A DNA stretch of 64,000 nt. Source: Patescibacteria group bacterium (lineage in GTDB: Bacteria > Patescibacteriota > Minisyncoccia > Phycocordibacterales > PALSA-1337). Each line of letters starts with the position of its first letter. Position 1 is the first letter of the stretch. The DNA lies in NCBI GenBank assembly GCA_038065415.1, contig JBBTRA010000006.1, positions 15,262-79,261 on the forward strand, in the 5' to 3' direction. This document shows, in pieces, positions 1 through 8,719 of this stretch. A program made the position numbers and the translations under genes. The notes under the pieces are model-generated. The model saw only the letters and a list, made by a program, of their open reading frames with translations. It had not been told where the DNA came from and made no database searches.

Positions 1-60
1 ACGGTACGCGACACGCAAAGCATTGGGGAGAGAGCCATCGTTAGAAGACATGGCTCGCAT
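1..60 (-). CDS. 5' fragment of an unknown protein running off the window
   Basis: Open frame MRAMSSNDGSLPNALRVAYR to the window edge; TTGACG upstream on the minus strand near 140-145. Confidence 0.3.
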   Translation of the reverse strand, partial: MRAMSSNDGSLPNALRVAYR

Positions 61-255
61 ATGGAACGGAGGACCAAAAGGCTGGAGGAAGCAAAGTACC
101 CTCGGGTATTGGTCCAAGGTTCAAAAAGCACTAGCAAAACGTCAATAAATCCCGCGCCGCCATCGAGCATCCTCGAGGCGGCGCTTTCCTATATCCGCAT
201 GCATAACGAAACACACCCCACGAGGGTGGAGTGTGTCATTTCAAATGGTTGATTT

Positions 256-1479
256 TTATTCAGCTTTTTTCTCCTCAGTCTTCTCTTCTTCTTTGACCTC
301 CTCTACCTTCTCAGCTTCTTTTGTTTCTGTAACTTCCTCTGTATCTTCATCTTCGTCATCAGCGCCGACGCCATCAGATTTGATATCTATTTTCCAGCCG
401 GTGAGCTTGGCGGCGAGACGGACGTTCTGACCACCCTTGCCGATAGCGAGCGATTGTTCGTCTTCGGTGACGGTGACGATGGCACGGTGATCGCGTTCAT
501 CGAGCTCGAGAGAAACGACTTCTGCAGGTGAGAGGGCTTCTTCGATGAAGAGTGCTGGGTCCTCATTCCATTCGATGATGTCTATCTTCTCACCAGAGAG
601 CTCGCTGGTGACCGTAGAGACACGGACGCCACGCTGGCCGACCATGGAGCCAATCGGATCGATATGCGCGTCATGAGAGACCACAGCGATCTTGGAGCGT
701 GAACCTGCTTCGCGAGCAATGGCCTTGATCTCGACCGTACCGGAAGCGATTTCTGGAGCTTCGGTTTCGAAGAGTTTGGCGAGGAACTTGGGATGAGAAC
801 GGGAGAGTTTGAGGACGATACCGCGAGGAGATTCCTCAACTGCATAGAGATATGCGCGGATACGATCGCCAGTCTTCCAGCGTTCGCTCGGGATCTGCTC
901 CTCGTAAGGAATGATACCGAGTGCGCGGCCCATGTTGACGTGAACCATGCCGCGCTCTACGCGCTCTACGGTACCGGCAACAATTTCACCTTCCTTAGCG
1001 CCATATTCACCCATGACGGAGACCTTCTCGGCTTCGCGAATCTTCTGGATGATGATCTGCTTTGCTGTCTGTGCAGCGATGCGGCCGAAGTCAGCTTTTG
1101 CTTCGAGAGGAAATACGAGTTCGTCACCGATTTCTGCATTTTTCTTGATTTTCTTGGCATCCTCGATGAGCATATGCTGCTCAGGGTTGAAGCGAATCTT
1201 GATATCGTCGACATTTGCTTCCTTGAGATCGATATCCTGTTCTTCGTCACCTTCCATGATGACTTGATCACGATCTACGACGACTTTGACCTGCCAGAAC
1301 TCGACGCTGCCTGTATTCTGATCGAATGAGGCGCGTACGATCTGACCCTTCTTGCCGTACTCTTTCTTGTAAGCGGTAGCGAGGGACATGGCGATAGCCT
1401 CCAAGGTTTTTTCCTTGGGGATTCCTCGCTCTTCCTCGAGCTGCTGAACGACTGAATTGATTACTTTAAGATCGAACAT
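256..1479 (-). CDS. nusA: Transcription termination/antitermination factor NusA
   Basis: FGRIAAQTAKQ, S1 and KH domains (AREAGSRSKIAV, AIGKGGQNVRLAAKLTGWKIDI). Confidence 0.98.
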   Translation of the reverse strand: MFDLKVINSVVQQLEEERGIPKEKTLEAIAMSLATAYKKEYGKKGQIVRASFDQNTGSVEFWQVKVVVDRDQVIMEGDEEQDIDLKEANVDDIKIRFNPEQHMLIEDAKKIKKNAEIGDELVFPLEAKADFGRIAAQTAKQIIIQKIREAEKVSVMGEYGAKEGEIVAGTVERVERGMVHVNMGRALGIIPYEEQIPSERWKTGDRIRAYLYAVEESPRGIVLKLSRSHPKFLAKLFETEAPEIASGTVEIKAIAREAGSRSKIAVVSHDAHIDPIGSMVGQRGVRVSTVTSELSGEKIDIIEWNEDPALFIEEALSPAEVVSLELDERDHRAIVTVTEDEQSLAIGKGGQNVRLAAKLTGWKIDIKSDGVGADDEDEDTEEVTETKEAEKVEEVKEEEKTEEKKAE

Positions 1480-1928
1480 ATATGTAGTTATTATTTAGTT
1501 TTGATATTAAATTGTAGTTGCCATAAGGGCCTGTAGACCCCATCTAGCAAACGAGTCCGCCGGTGGGCGAACTGGTTACTTGAGTACTATACCATATTTG
1601 ACGGGGAATGCAAATCCTGCGCGGTCCTCGCCGTCCGTATATACAAGAAACCGGACCACCGTGCGAGACAGTGGTCCGGAAACCAAACCCAGTAGAGAAG
1701 AACAGGCGGCCATAGACCGTATGTTATCTGGCAGAGTTGATGGAATGTTCTTTGTCCATTTTGATAGAAGCAAAGCGGACGGAATGATACTTCGATTCGA
1801 TTCTAGCATACGATTCCTTTGGATGACAACAGGATTTTGGTGTATTAAAAACCGCCCAACATGGATTTGTGGGGCGGCAAGCTCGTGAGGCGATTGTATT
1901 AGTGCGGCTATGTCAGGCGGTCGGGAGA

Positions 1929-2855
1929 CTATCCTTGCGAGTGTGTCTTGCGAGTGTGCCCATTTTTCCGGGGAATTCCCCACTCCTCCTGGTATCCGTT
2001 GACCTGATTTCTTTGGTGCATGAGCTTCTGGAGTTTTTCCAACGCTTGGTTTTGAATCTGACGGATGCGTTCGCGGGTCACTCCGAACTTTTTTGCGACG
2101 TCCTCGAGTGTCCTCTCAGTGCCATTGTTCAATCCGAAGCGATACTCAAGAATCTTCTGTTCGCGTTCGGAGATTTTCTTCAGTACTTCACGCAGCAGAT
2201 CCAAGTTCGAAGCGTTCTCTTCCGCGCAAGACGGGTCAACCGCGTATGGATCTGCTATATGCTCGGCAATGGTCACGTCAGTATCTTGTCCGACCGGAGC
2301 GTCGAGGGGTACAGGCGCAACAGAGTGTTGCTTCATGAGATCGAGTTTTTTCAGTGTGACTCCCATTTCGGCTGCAAGCTCTTCGTCCTCCGGTTCACGC
2401 CCAAGTGTCTCAGTCAAACGCATATGCACCCGGCGCATCGCCACGATCTTGTCGACCATGTGGATAGGGACACGAACCGTACGGGCATGGTTACCGAGAG
2501 CGCGTTTGATGCTCTGTTTGATCCACCATGAGCCATAGGTGGAGAACTTCGCACCGTAGTCAGGGTCGAACTTCTCGACCCCTTTCATGAGTCCGATATT
2601 TCCTTCATTGATAAGATCGAGCAGAGGAAGGCCGCAGCCTTGGTAGTCCTTGGCTATCTTCATGACCAATCGGAGATTGGCTTTGACCATATACATCCGT
2701 GCTCGCTCGTCGCCTTTTTGGACTAATTTGCCCAGCTGTATCTCCTGTTCTCGCGTGAGTAACGGAGTCTTGCTGGCTTCAGTCTGGTACATCAGGAGGA
2801 TATCTCTAGGGGCATGTTCAAGGTACTCATGCCCAGTATCGTCGAATTGAGACAT
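1929..2855 (-). CDS. RNA polymerase sigma-70 family factor, RpoD/RpoS-like, lacking region 1.1
   Basis: ANLRLVMKIAKDY, DLINEGNIGLMKGVEKFDP, FSTYGSWWIKQSI, TLEDVAKKFGVTRERIRQIQ; GAAAGG SD. Confidence 0.93.
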   Translation of the reverse strand: MSQFDDTGHEYLEHAPRDILLMYQTEASKTPLLTREQEIQLGKLVQKGDERARMYMVKANLRLVMKIAKDYQGCGLPLLDLINEGNIGLMKGVEKFDPDYGAKFSTYGSWWIKQSIKRALGNHARTVRVPIHMVDKIVAMRRVHMRLTETLGREPEDEELAAEMGVTLKKLDLMKQHSVAPVPLDAPVGQDTDVTIAEHIADPYAVDPSCAEENASNLDLLREVLKKISEREQKILEYRFGLNNGTERTLEDVAKKFGVTRERIRQIQNQALEKLQKLMHQRNQVNGYQEEWGIPRKNGHTRKTHSQG

Positions 2856-2908
2856 GGTAAACCTTTCGGTTACGGGTTATGTGAAATAACTAAAAAACCT
2901 TGTAAACA

Positions 2909-2933
2909 ATACTCCCAACCCTGTTTTTGTCAA
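2909..2933 (-). promoter_or_regulatory. sigma70-type promoter of the sigma factor gene (approximate limits)
   Basis: Minus strand TTGACA-aaaacagggttgggag-TATTGT. Confidence 0.55.
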
Positions 2934-3017
2934 TGAATTTGCCGAATAATGCATCGGCGGTGTGAGTAATAAAAAAACCGCTCACGGGAGGAGCGGTGTG
3001 TATGGCATGTTGATCGG

Positions 3018-4109
3018 TTAGTATTCGTGTTCAGCGATCACATACTTCTTCATTTTGTTGTACAGCGTTTGTCGGCCAATACCAAGGTGCTGTGCGCTTA
3101 CAAGCTTGTTGCCCCCGAATTGGTTCAGTGCTTGTACGATCAGGACTCTTTCCGCTGACTCCATGACGGTTAAGGGGATGATACGGTCGATTCCGCTGAT
3201 TGGTTGTCCAAACTGCGTATTCGGTCGAACTCTCAGACGGAGATCTTGTGGTTCGATCGTTCCGGTACCATTGGAGTAGCGTATGCCGCGCATGATGCAG
3301 TTACGCAGTTCGCGCACATTACCTGGCCAACAATGACTCTTGATGAGCTGTTCTGTTTCAGCGCTCAAGATTTTCTGGCGATTGGAGTACTGGTCGACGA
3401 AGTGGCTGGCCAAACGCACCAGGTCATCCACCCGCTCGCGCAAAGAGGGAACCTCGATGACGAACTGCTCGATGCGGAAGTATAGATCTTCTCGGAACAT
3501 GCCTTCATCGACCATCTTGTGAAGATCACGGTTGGTTGCTGTGATCAGGTTGAAGTCCGAATGAATTCTGGTACTGCCACCGACGCGCTGGAACTCGTGA
3601 TCTTGCAGAACACGGAGCAATCCCGCCTGCAAATGGAGAGGTAACTCTCCGATTTCATCGAGGAATACAGTACCTCCATCCGCAAGCTCAAAAGCACCTT
3701 TGCGCTGGAGGATTGATCCGGTGAATGCGCCCTTTTCATGCCCAAACAGTGCGCTTTGCATCAATTCGGGTGTCAGATTGGCGCAGTCAACTATCGATAG
3801 GTGAGCCCTCCCACGCTTTCCTCGCTGGTGCAGAGCTTTTGCTATGAGTTCTTTGCCGGTACCGTTCTCCCCCAGAATCAGCACAGCCTCGACATCAAGG
3901 GATTGGTCCAATTGACGAACCACTTCCTTCATTTTTGAATCACGGCACTCCCTGAGAAGTTCATACGGAGTAAGACCATGATCTATTTCTGGGAGATGTT
4001 GAGGCTCTTCTACGGGCGCTGGTTGAGGTGATGGTTGAAGTTCTGGCGGTGGGGCTGGCTTGGGAGGCGGCTCATGCATCCCCAGGCATATAAATGGTTT
4101 CTTCTCCAT
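3018..4109 (-). CDS. Sigma-54-dependent enhancer-binding protein (NtrC-type AAA+ plus Fis HTH), no sensor domain
   Basis: GENGTGKE Walker A, SALFGHEKGAFTGS, FLDEIGELP, FREDLYFR, WPGNVREL, LGIGRQTLYNK; start at 4109 chosen from AAGGAG SD. Confidence 0.92.
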   Translation of the reverse strand: MEKKPFICLGMHEPPPKPAPPPELQPSPQPAPVEEPQHLPEIDHGLTPYELLRECRDSKMKEVVRQLDQSLDVEAVLILGENGTGKELIAKALHQRGKRGRAHLSIVDCANLTPELMQSALFGHEKGAFTGSILQRKGAFELADGGTVFLDEIGELPLHLQAGLLRVLQDHEFQRVGGSTRIHSDFNLITATNRDLHKMVDEGMFREDLYFRIEQFVIEVPSLRERVDDLVRLASHFVDQYSNRQKILSAETEQLIKSHCWPGNVRELRNCIMRGIRYSNGTGTIEPQDLRLRVRPNTQFGQPISGIDRIIPLTVMESAERVLIVQALNQFGGNKLVSAQHLGIGRQTLYNKMKKYVIAEHEY

Positions 4110-4270
4110 AAGGCAGTCTCTCCTTGGTTGTGATTTTTCAAAACGTCTGGCAGTACTTTGCTCCTCAAATGACAAAATGTCAAGCCGCGATCTGGTGGTG
4201 TTGAATATATAAAAAATCCCACAACGTTTCCGTTGTGGGATTGGGACACACTGTTATGCCGAGGCAATGT

Positions 4271-5584
4271 TCAGGCGACCGGTTTTGTGGCCGCCCGAAT
4301 TTTCTGAACCAGCTGCGCATCCGTGATCGTCAGACGTCCTACTGCTGTGTAGACGCTCTCGATTGGGACGCCGAAGCCGTCAGCGACTTGTTCTGCTGCA
4401 ATGCCGGCCTCAATCAGTGCACAGATACACACATCTTGGGCGAGACCGGGATCTGCACCACTGGTTGCCGGTTTCGTGCTGCGATGGACAGCGGCCACGG
4501 GTTTCGTCGGCGCTGCTGTTGTCGTCGGCGTTGCGCCTGTGCCAGTAAACTTCTTTGCCCGTTCAACGATGTCTTCGGACAAGGCTTTGTACTTGCTTTT
4601 CTTCGCGAGGTCCTTGCCCTTGCCTGCGATCCCATATAGAGCGCCGGTGTTTTGGGCATCCGGGCTAAAGAGGGGAAGCAGCTGAGACACTGGCCTGATG
4701 CCGATGAGGTCCTTCAGCAGATGAACAGCTAGTTTCCGTCCATCAGCTTCGGGACCATTCCGTTCGCTGGGCTTGAGCAGACCCTCGACTGTGACATTCA
4801 GTCCAGTTGCGATCTGCAGGAGCGTCCAATCAATGAGGGGCTTCTGGCTTTCAGTCTTCTTCATAGGTGCTGTGTTCTTTCTCGTGCGCGGTGTTGTTTG
4901 TGTTGAGGATTCAGCGCTGCGCGGGGCGCTAGGTCTCACTGGTGCGATCGATCTTGGAGCCGCTGATGCTTCGGTTGTTGCCGGAGAAACAGGTCTTGCG
5001 ATAGGGGAGATGGCCGGTGCGGGCGATCTCGGTGGAACCACGGGCTCGACTTCCCCGGAAGCCGTTTCAATAGGCGCCGCGGCGGGGAGTACGGTTGTTC
5101 CGAGGATGTCGCTGAGCGTTGCCTCGTCCGCACTCTTTGTGATAGCGGGTCTCGGAGGCTCAGGTGAGCTGCTTGGTATCGGTATGGCTACTGCCGTCAT
5201 TTGAAGGCTCGTGTTAGCGATCGTGCACTCAACGGTTACCTCCAGAAGGTAGTTGCATTGAATGGTGAAGATCCGGTGTTCCGGGTCTCCATTAACGGAC
5301 GAGTCGCGGATGATGATCCCGTGGTCGAGCTTCAATCCACCAGCTCCGTCATCGAATATCAATTTTCCGCGGTGGCCAGACCCTTCGGCCCAGACCTTGA
5401 ATTTGATCTTTCCCACATGGACTTCCATGGGGACTGCGTGTTCGTTGAGCTCTTTTCCCGGTGTTCCCGGTTGTAAGTACCAATTTCTCAGTACTTTGTT
5501 CGCAGTGGTGTCGGGAGTTCCTCCACCCTGACTGCGTCCTTTGATACTGACCACATAGTAATCAGTAGTGGCGGTTCTTTCCAT
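4271..5584 (-). CDS. Hypothetical protein with Pro/Ala/Thr linker and C-terminal DnaA domain IV-like HTH region(s)
   Basis: 437-aa ORF with its own promoter, SD and terminator; IATGLNVTVEGLLKPSER...GRKLAVHLLKDL resembles the DnaA C-terminal pattern by eye. Confidence 0.6.
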   Translation of the reverse strand: MERTATTDYYVVSIKGRSQGGGTPDTTANKVLRNWYLQPGTPGKELNEHAVPMEVHVGKIKFKVWAEGSGHRGKLIFDDGAGGLKLDHGIIIRDSSVNGDPEHRIFTIQCNYLLEVTVECTIANTSLQMTAVAIPIPSSSPEPPRPAITKSADEATLSDILGTTVLPAAAPIETASGEVEPVVPPRSPAPAISPIARPVSPATTEASAAPRSIAPVRPSAPRSAESSTQTTPRTRKNTAPMKKTESQKPLIDWTLLQIATGLNVTVEGLLKPSERNGPEADGRKLAVHLLKDLIGIRPVSQLLPLFSPDAQNTGALYGIAGKGKDLAKKSKYKALSEDIVERAKKFTGTGATPTTTAAPTKPVAAVHRSTKPATSGADPGLAQDVCICALIEAGIAAEQVADGFGVPIESVYTAVGRLTITDAQLVQKIRAATKPVA

Positions 5585-5745
5585 AGTTGGCCTTTCGTTG
5601 GTGAAACAGTGTGTGTCAAAAAACGACTTGTTCAGTCTCGAACATTACTTATTCAAATAGGTTTTGTCAATAGCACACACTCGGAGTCAAATAAGGGCTA
5701 TTCACCTACGCCAGAGCTGTGCCATCTGATATAATTGATCATAAT

Positions 5746-7494
5746 ATGCTCGTCGAAGATACCCAGCTGTACAAATTCATCCTGGACTCCGGACTCGTTT
5801 CCAAGGAGGACCTTGAAGATGCGCGCAAAGAGGCCGACAAGAAGGGAAAACGCCTCGGTGCTATTCTGGTAACCCAGGGCAAGATTACGGCCGACAATCT
5901 ACGCCGTATGGAGGCATACTGTCTCGGCATCCCTTTCGTTGATCTAAAGGGCAGGAAGATAGATTTTGATACACTCTCGCTCATTCCAGAGCCGATCGCT
6001 CGTGGACACAGCATTGTTGCTTTCAAGAAAACAGACAGCTCGCTCGAGGTCGCTATGCTCGATGTGAACGACCTTTCGGCTATCGATTTCATCAAGAAGA
6101 AGGTCAATCTCAAGATCCAGCCACGTCTCACTGATTCGGACTCTATCAAAGAAGTGCTGGTGCAGTATCAAAAGAGTCTCAAAGCAGAATTTGGAGATCT
6201 CATCCAGAAAGAGACGGCCACACTGAAGACTATCGCCGAAGATGCGGGAGACTCCACTTCCGAGGCAGACATGAAGAAGTTGGCAGAGGATCTGCCAGTT
6301 GTGCGCATCGTTGATACGCTCATCAAGCATGCTGCTATCCAAAATTCGTCCGATATCCATATAGAACCAATGGAGGATCAGGTGCTCGTCAGGTATCGTA
6401 TCGACGGTCTGCTTCACGATGCGATGGTTCTGCCGCGTCAGGCTGGACCATCCGTATCCGCTCGTATCAAAGTGCTCTCCAACCTTAAGCTCGATGAGAA
6501 GCGCCTTCCGCAGGATGGTCGTTTCAAAGTAGACATGAATGGGGAGAAAGTTTCATTCCGTGTCTCGATATTGCCGACCTATTATGGTGAGAAGATCGTG
6601 ATGCGTCTCCTCCGTGAGAGTATTTCCGGATTTACGCTGGAGTATCTCAATTTCCATGGGGAGGGACTTGAGCGCATCCACAAAGCTCTCAAGCAAACGA
6701 CGGGTCTCATCCTCACTACTGGTCCGACTGGTTCTGGTAAAACCACGACCCTCTATACAATGCTTGATCTCCTCAATCAGCCTGATGTGAATATTTCAAC
6801 CATTGAGGACCCGATCGAATACCAGATGGCGCGCATCAATCAAACTGCTGTACGTCCTGATATTGGTTTTACTTTTGCAAGTGGTATCCGTACACTCGTC
6901 CGTCAGGATCCGGATATCATCATGGTGGGAGAGATCCGCGACAATGAGACTGCGGCACTGGCCGTCAATGCAGCCCTCACGGGTCACCTCGTGCTCTCGA
7001 CGCTCCATACCAATAGCGCTGCAGGCGCCATGCCACGCCTTCTCGATATGGGAGTCGAATCATTCTTGTTGGTGTCTACTCTCAATATCGTGATCGGACA
7101 ACGTCTCGTCCGTCGCCTCACAGACACCAAACAGCAGTACAAGCTCACTAAGGACGAATTTGCAGAGCTGGAAAGGCTTGCAGATATGGATCGCGTGCTC
7201 GCTGCTCTCAAAGCAGACAAAGTGATCAAGCCGAGTGATACATGGAAAGACCTCCCATTCTGGAAGGCTACTCCACAAGGAGATGATGACGGCTTCAAGA
7301 CTCGTGTTGGTATCCATGAAATTCTCAAGATGAGTCCGAGTATCAAGGATCTTGTCATGAAAGGAGCTACCTCGGCGGAGATAGAGGTGCAGGCCAAGAA
7401 AGAGGGGATGCTCACAATGTTGGAGGATGGTATCTACAAGTGTGTGACAGGATTGACCACGATAGAGGAGGTGTTGAGGGTGGTGAGCGAGTAA
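5746..7494 (+). CDS. pilB: Type IV pilus/T2SS assembly ATPase (PilB/GspE)
   Basis: SDIHIEP, RLPQDGR, GPTGSGKTTT, TIEDPIEY, RQDPDIIMVGEIRD, GHLVLSTLH. Confidence 0.95.
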   Translation: MLVEDTQLYKFILDSGLVSKEDLEDARKEADKKGKRLGAILVTQGKITADNLRRMEAYCLGIPFVDLKGRKIDFDTLSLIPEPIARGHSIVAFKKTDSSLEVAMLDVNDLSAIDFIKKKVNLKIQPRLTDSDSIKEVLVQYQKSLKAEFGDLIQKETATLKTIAEDAGDSTSEADMKKLAEDLPVVRIVDTLIKHAAIQNSSDIHIEPMEDQVLVRYRIDGLLHDAMVLPRQAGPSVSARIKVLSNLKLDEKRLPQDGRFKVDMNGEKVSFRVSILPTYYGEKIVMRLLRESISGFTLEYLNFHGEGLERIHKALKQTTGLILTTGPTGSGKTTTLYTMLDLLNQPDVNISTIEDPIEYQMARINQTAVRPDIGFTFASGIRTLVRQDPDIIMVGEIRDNETAALAVNAALTGHLVLSTLHTNSAAGAMPRLLDMGVESFLLVSTLNIVIGQRLVRRLTDTKQQYKLTKDEFAELERLADMDRVLAALKADKVIKPSDTWKDLPFWKATPQGDDDGFKTRVGIHEILKMSPSIKDLVMKGATSAEIEVQAKKEGMLTMLEDGIYKCVTGLTTIEEVLRVVSE

Positions 7495-7499
7495 AAACA

Positions 7500-8717
7500 A
7501 TGTCCCACTTTATTTTCAAAGCAAAAAAGCCAACTGGCGAGATCTATTCTAGTGAGAAGGATGTCGCAGATCGCTACGAACTCTACAAGCTGATTCGCGA
7601 GAGTGGTGATGAGGTCGTTGAGGTCAAAGAAAAAGCCGCATCAAAAGGGGTGCATATGAACATATCGCTCAACATCTTCAAGCACGTCAAGACTATCGAG
7701 AAGATCAACTTTGCACGCAATCTGGGCTCAATGCTCGATGCGGGTCTTGCTCTGTCGCGTGCACTGTCGGTCATCGAGCGTCAGTCGCACAACAAGACAT
7801 TCAAAGGAATACTCACCGAGCTCATCGGAGAGATCAATCGTGGTGCAACATTCTCTGATGCCCTCGGAAAGCATCCCAAGGTTTTCTCTCCGTTGTTCGT
7901 GTCGATGGTCCATGCGGGCGAGCAGTCGGGAACACTCGCCGACTCACTCAAAGTTGTTGCGACCCAGATGGATAAGTCCTATGAACTCGAGCGCAAGGTC
8001 AGGGGGGCGCTCATATATCCGAGCGTTATCGTATTTGCTATGGTCATCATCGCTATTCTGATGTTCATCTTCGTTATACCAACTCTGATGAAGACATTCA
8101 CCGAACTCAATGTGCCGCTCCCAATTACGACACGCATCATTCTCGGTATCAGTAACGCATTTCAGAACTATGGACTCTTGGTGCTAGCGGGAGCTCTCCT
8201 TATCGGATTCGGATTTGTGTGGTGGGCAAAACAGAAGAGCGGCAAAAGGGTCATTCATGCGCTCATTTTGAAACTGCCTATCATCGGAGGTTTGGTCCAA
8301 GAGACTAACGCCGCCCGTACTGCCCGTACGATGGCTTCGCTTCTCAGCTCTGGTGTGGACGTAGTGGAATCCGTGAGTATCACCTCAGGTGTCGTACAAA
8401 ATGTGTATTTCAAAGATGTGCTCGACAAAGCGGGGGAAGCTATCAAAAAAGGGGAGCTCATGTCCAAGGTGTTCAATGATGCTACAAAATACTACCCAAT
8501 ATTCATGGCTGAGATGATGAGCGTCGGAGAAGAGACGGGTAAGACGGGTGAAATGCTTGCAGGAGTTGCGCGCTACTACGAGGATGATGTTGAACAGAAG
8601 ACTAAGGATATGTCGACGATCATTGAGCCGTTCCTCATGATTCTGATTGCAGCAGCAGTTGGTTTCTTTGCGGTCGCTATGATCTCCCCAATGTACTCGC
8701 TCGTGAATGTTATCTAA
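7500..8717 (+). CDS. pilC: Type IV pilus platform protein PilC/GspF
   Basis: Two T2SSF repeats (AGEQSGTL, ALIYP, VGEETG, IIEP). Confidence 0.93.
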   Translation: MSHFIFKAKKPTGEIYSSEKDVADRYELYKLIRESGDEVVEVKEKAASKGVHMNISLNIFKHVKTIEKINFARNLGSMLDAGLALSRALSVIERQSHNKTFKGILTELIGEINRGATFSDALGKHPKVFSPLFVSMVHAGEQSGTLADSLKVVATQMDKSYELERKVRGALIYPSVIVFAMVIIAILMFIFVIPTLMKTFTELNVPLPITTRIILGISNAFQNYGLLVLAGALLIGFGFVWWAKQKSGKRVIHALILKLPIIGGLVQETNAARTARTMASLLSSGVDVVESVSITSGVVQNVYFKDVLDKAGEAIKKGELMSKVFNDATKYYPIFMAEMMSVGEETGKTGEMLAGVARYYEDDVEQKTKDMSTIIEPFLMILIAAAVGFFAVAMISPMYSLVNVI

Positions 8718-8719
8718 CT

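Noticed and set aside
1576-1983. ORFs of 135 and 102 aa between nusA and the sigma gene
   Set aside because: They cross terminator hairpins, have no motifs and no plausible starts, so are probably spurious.
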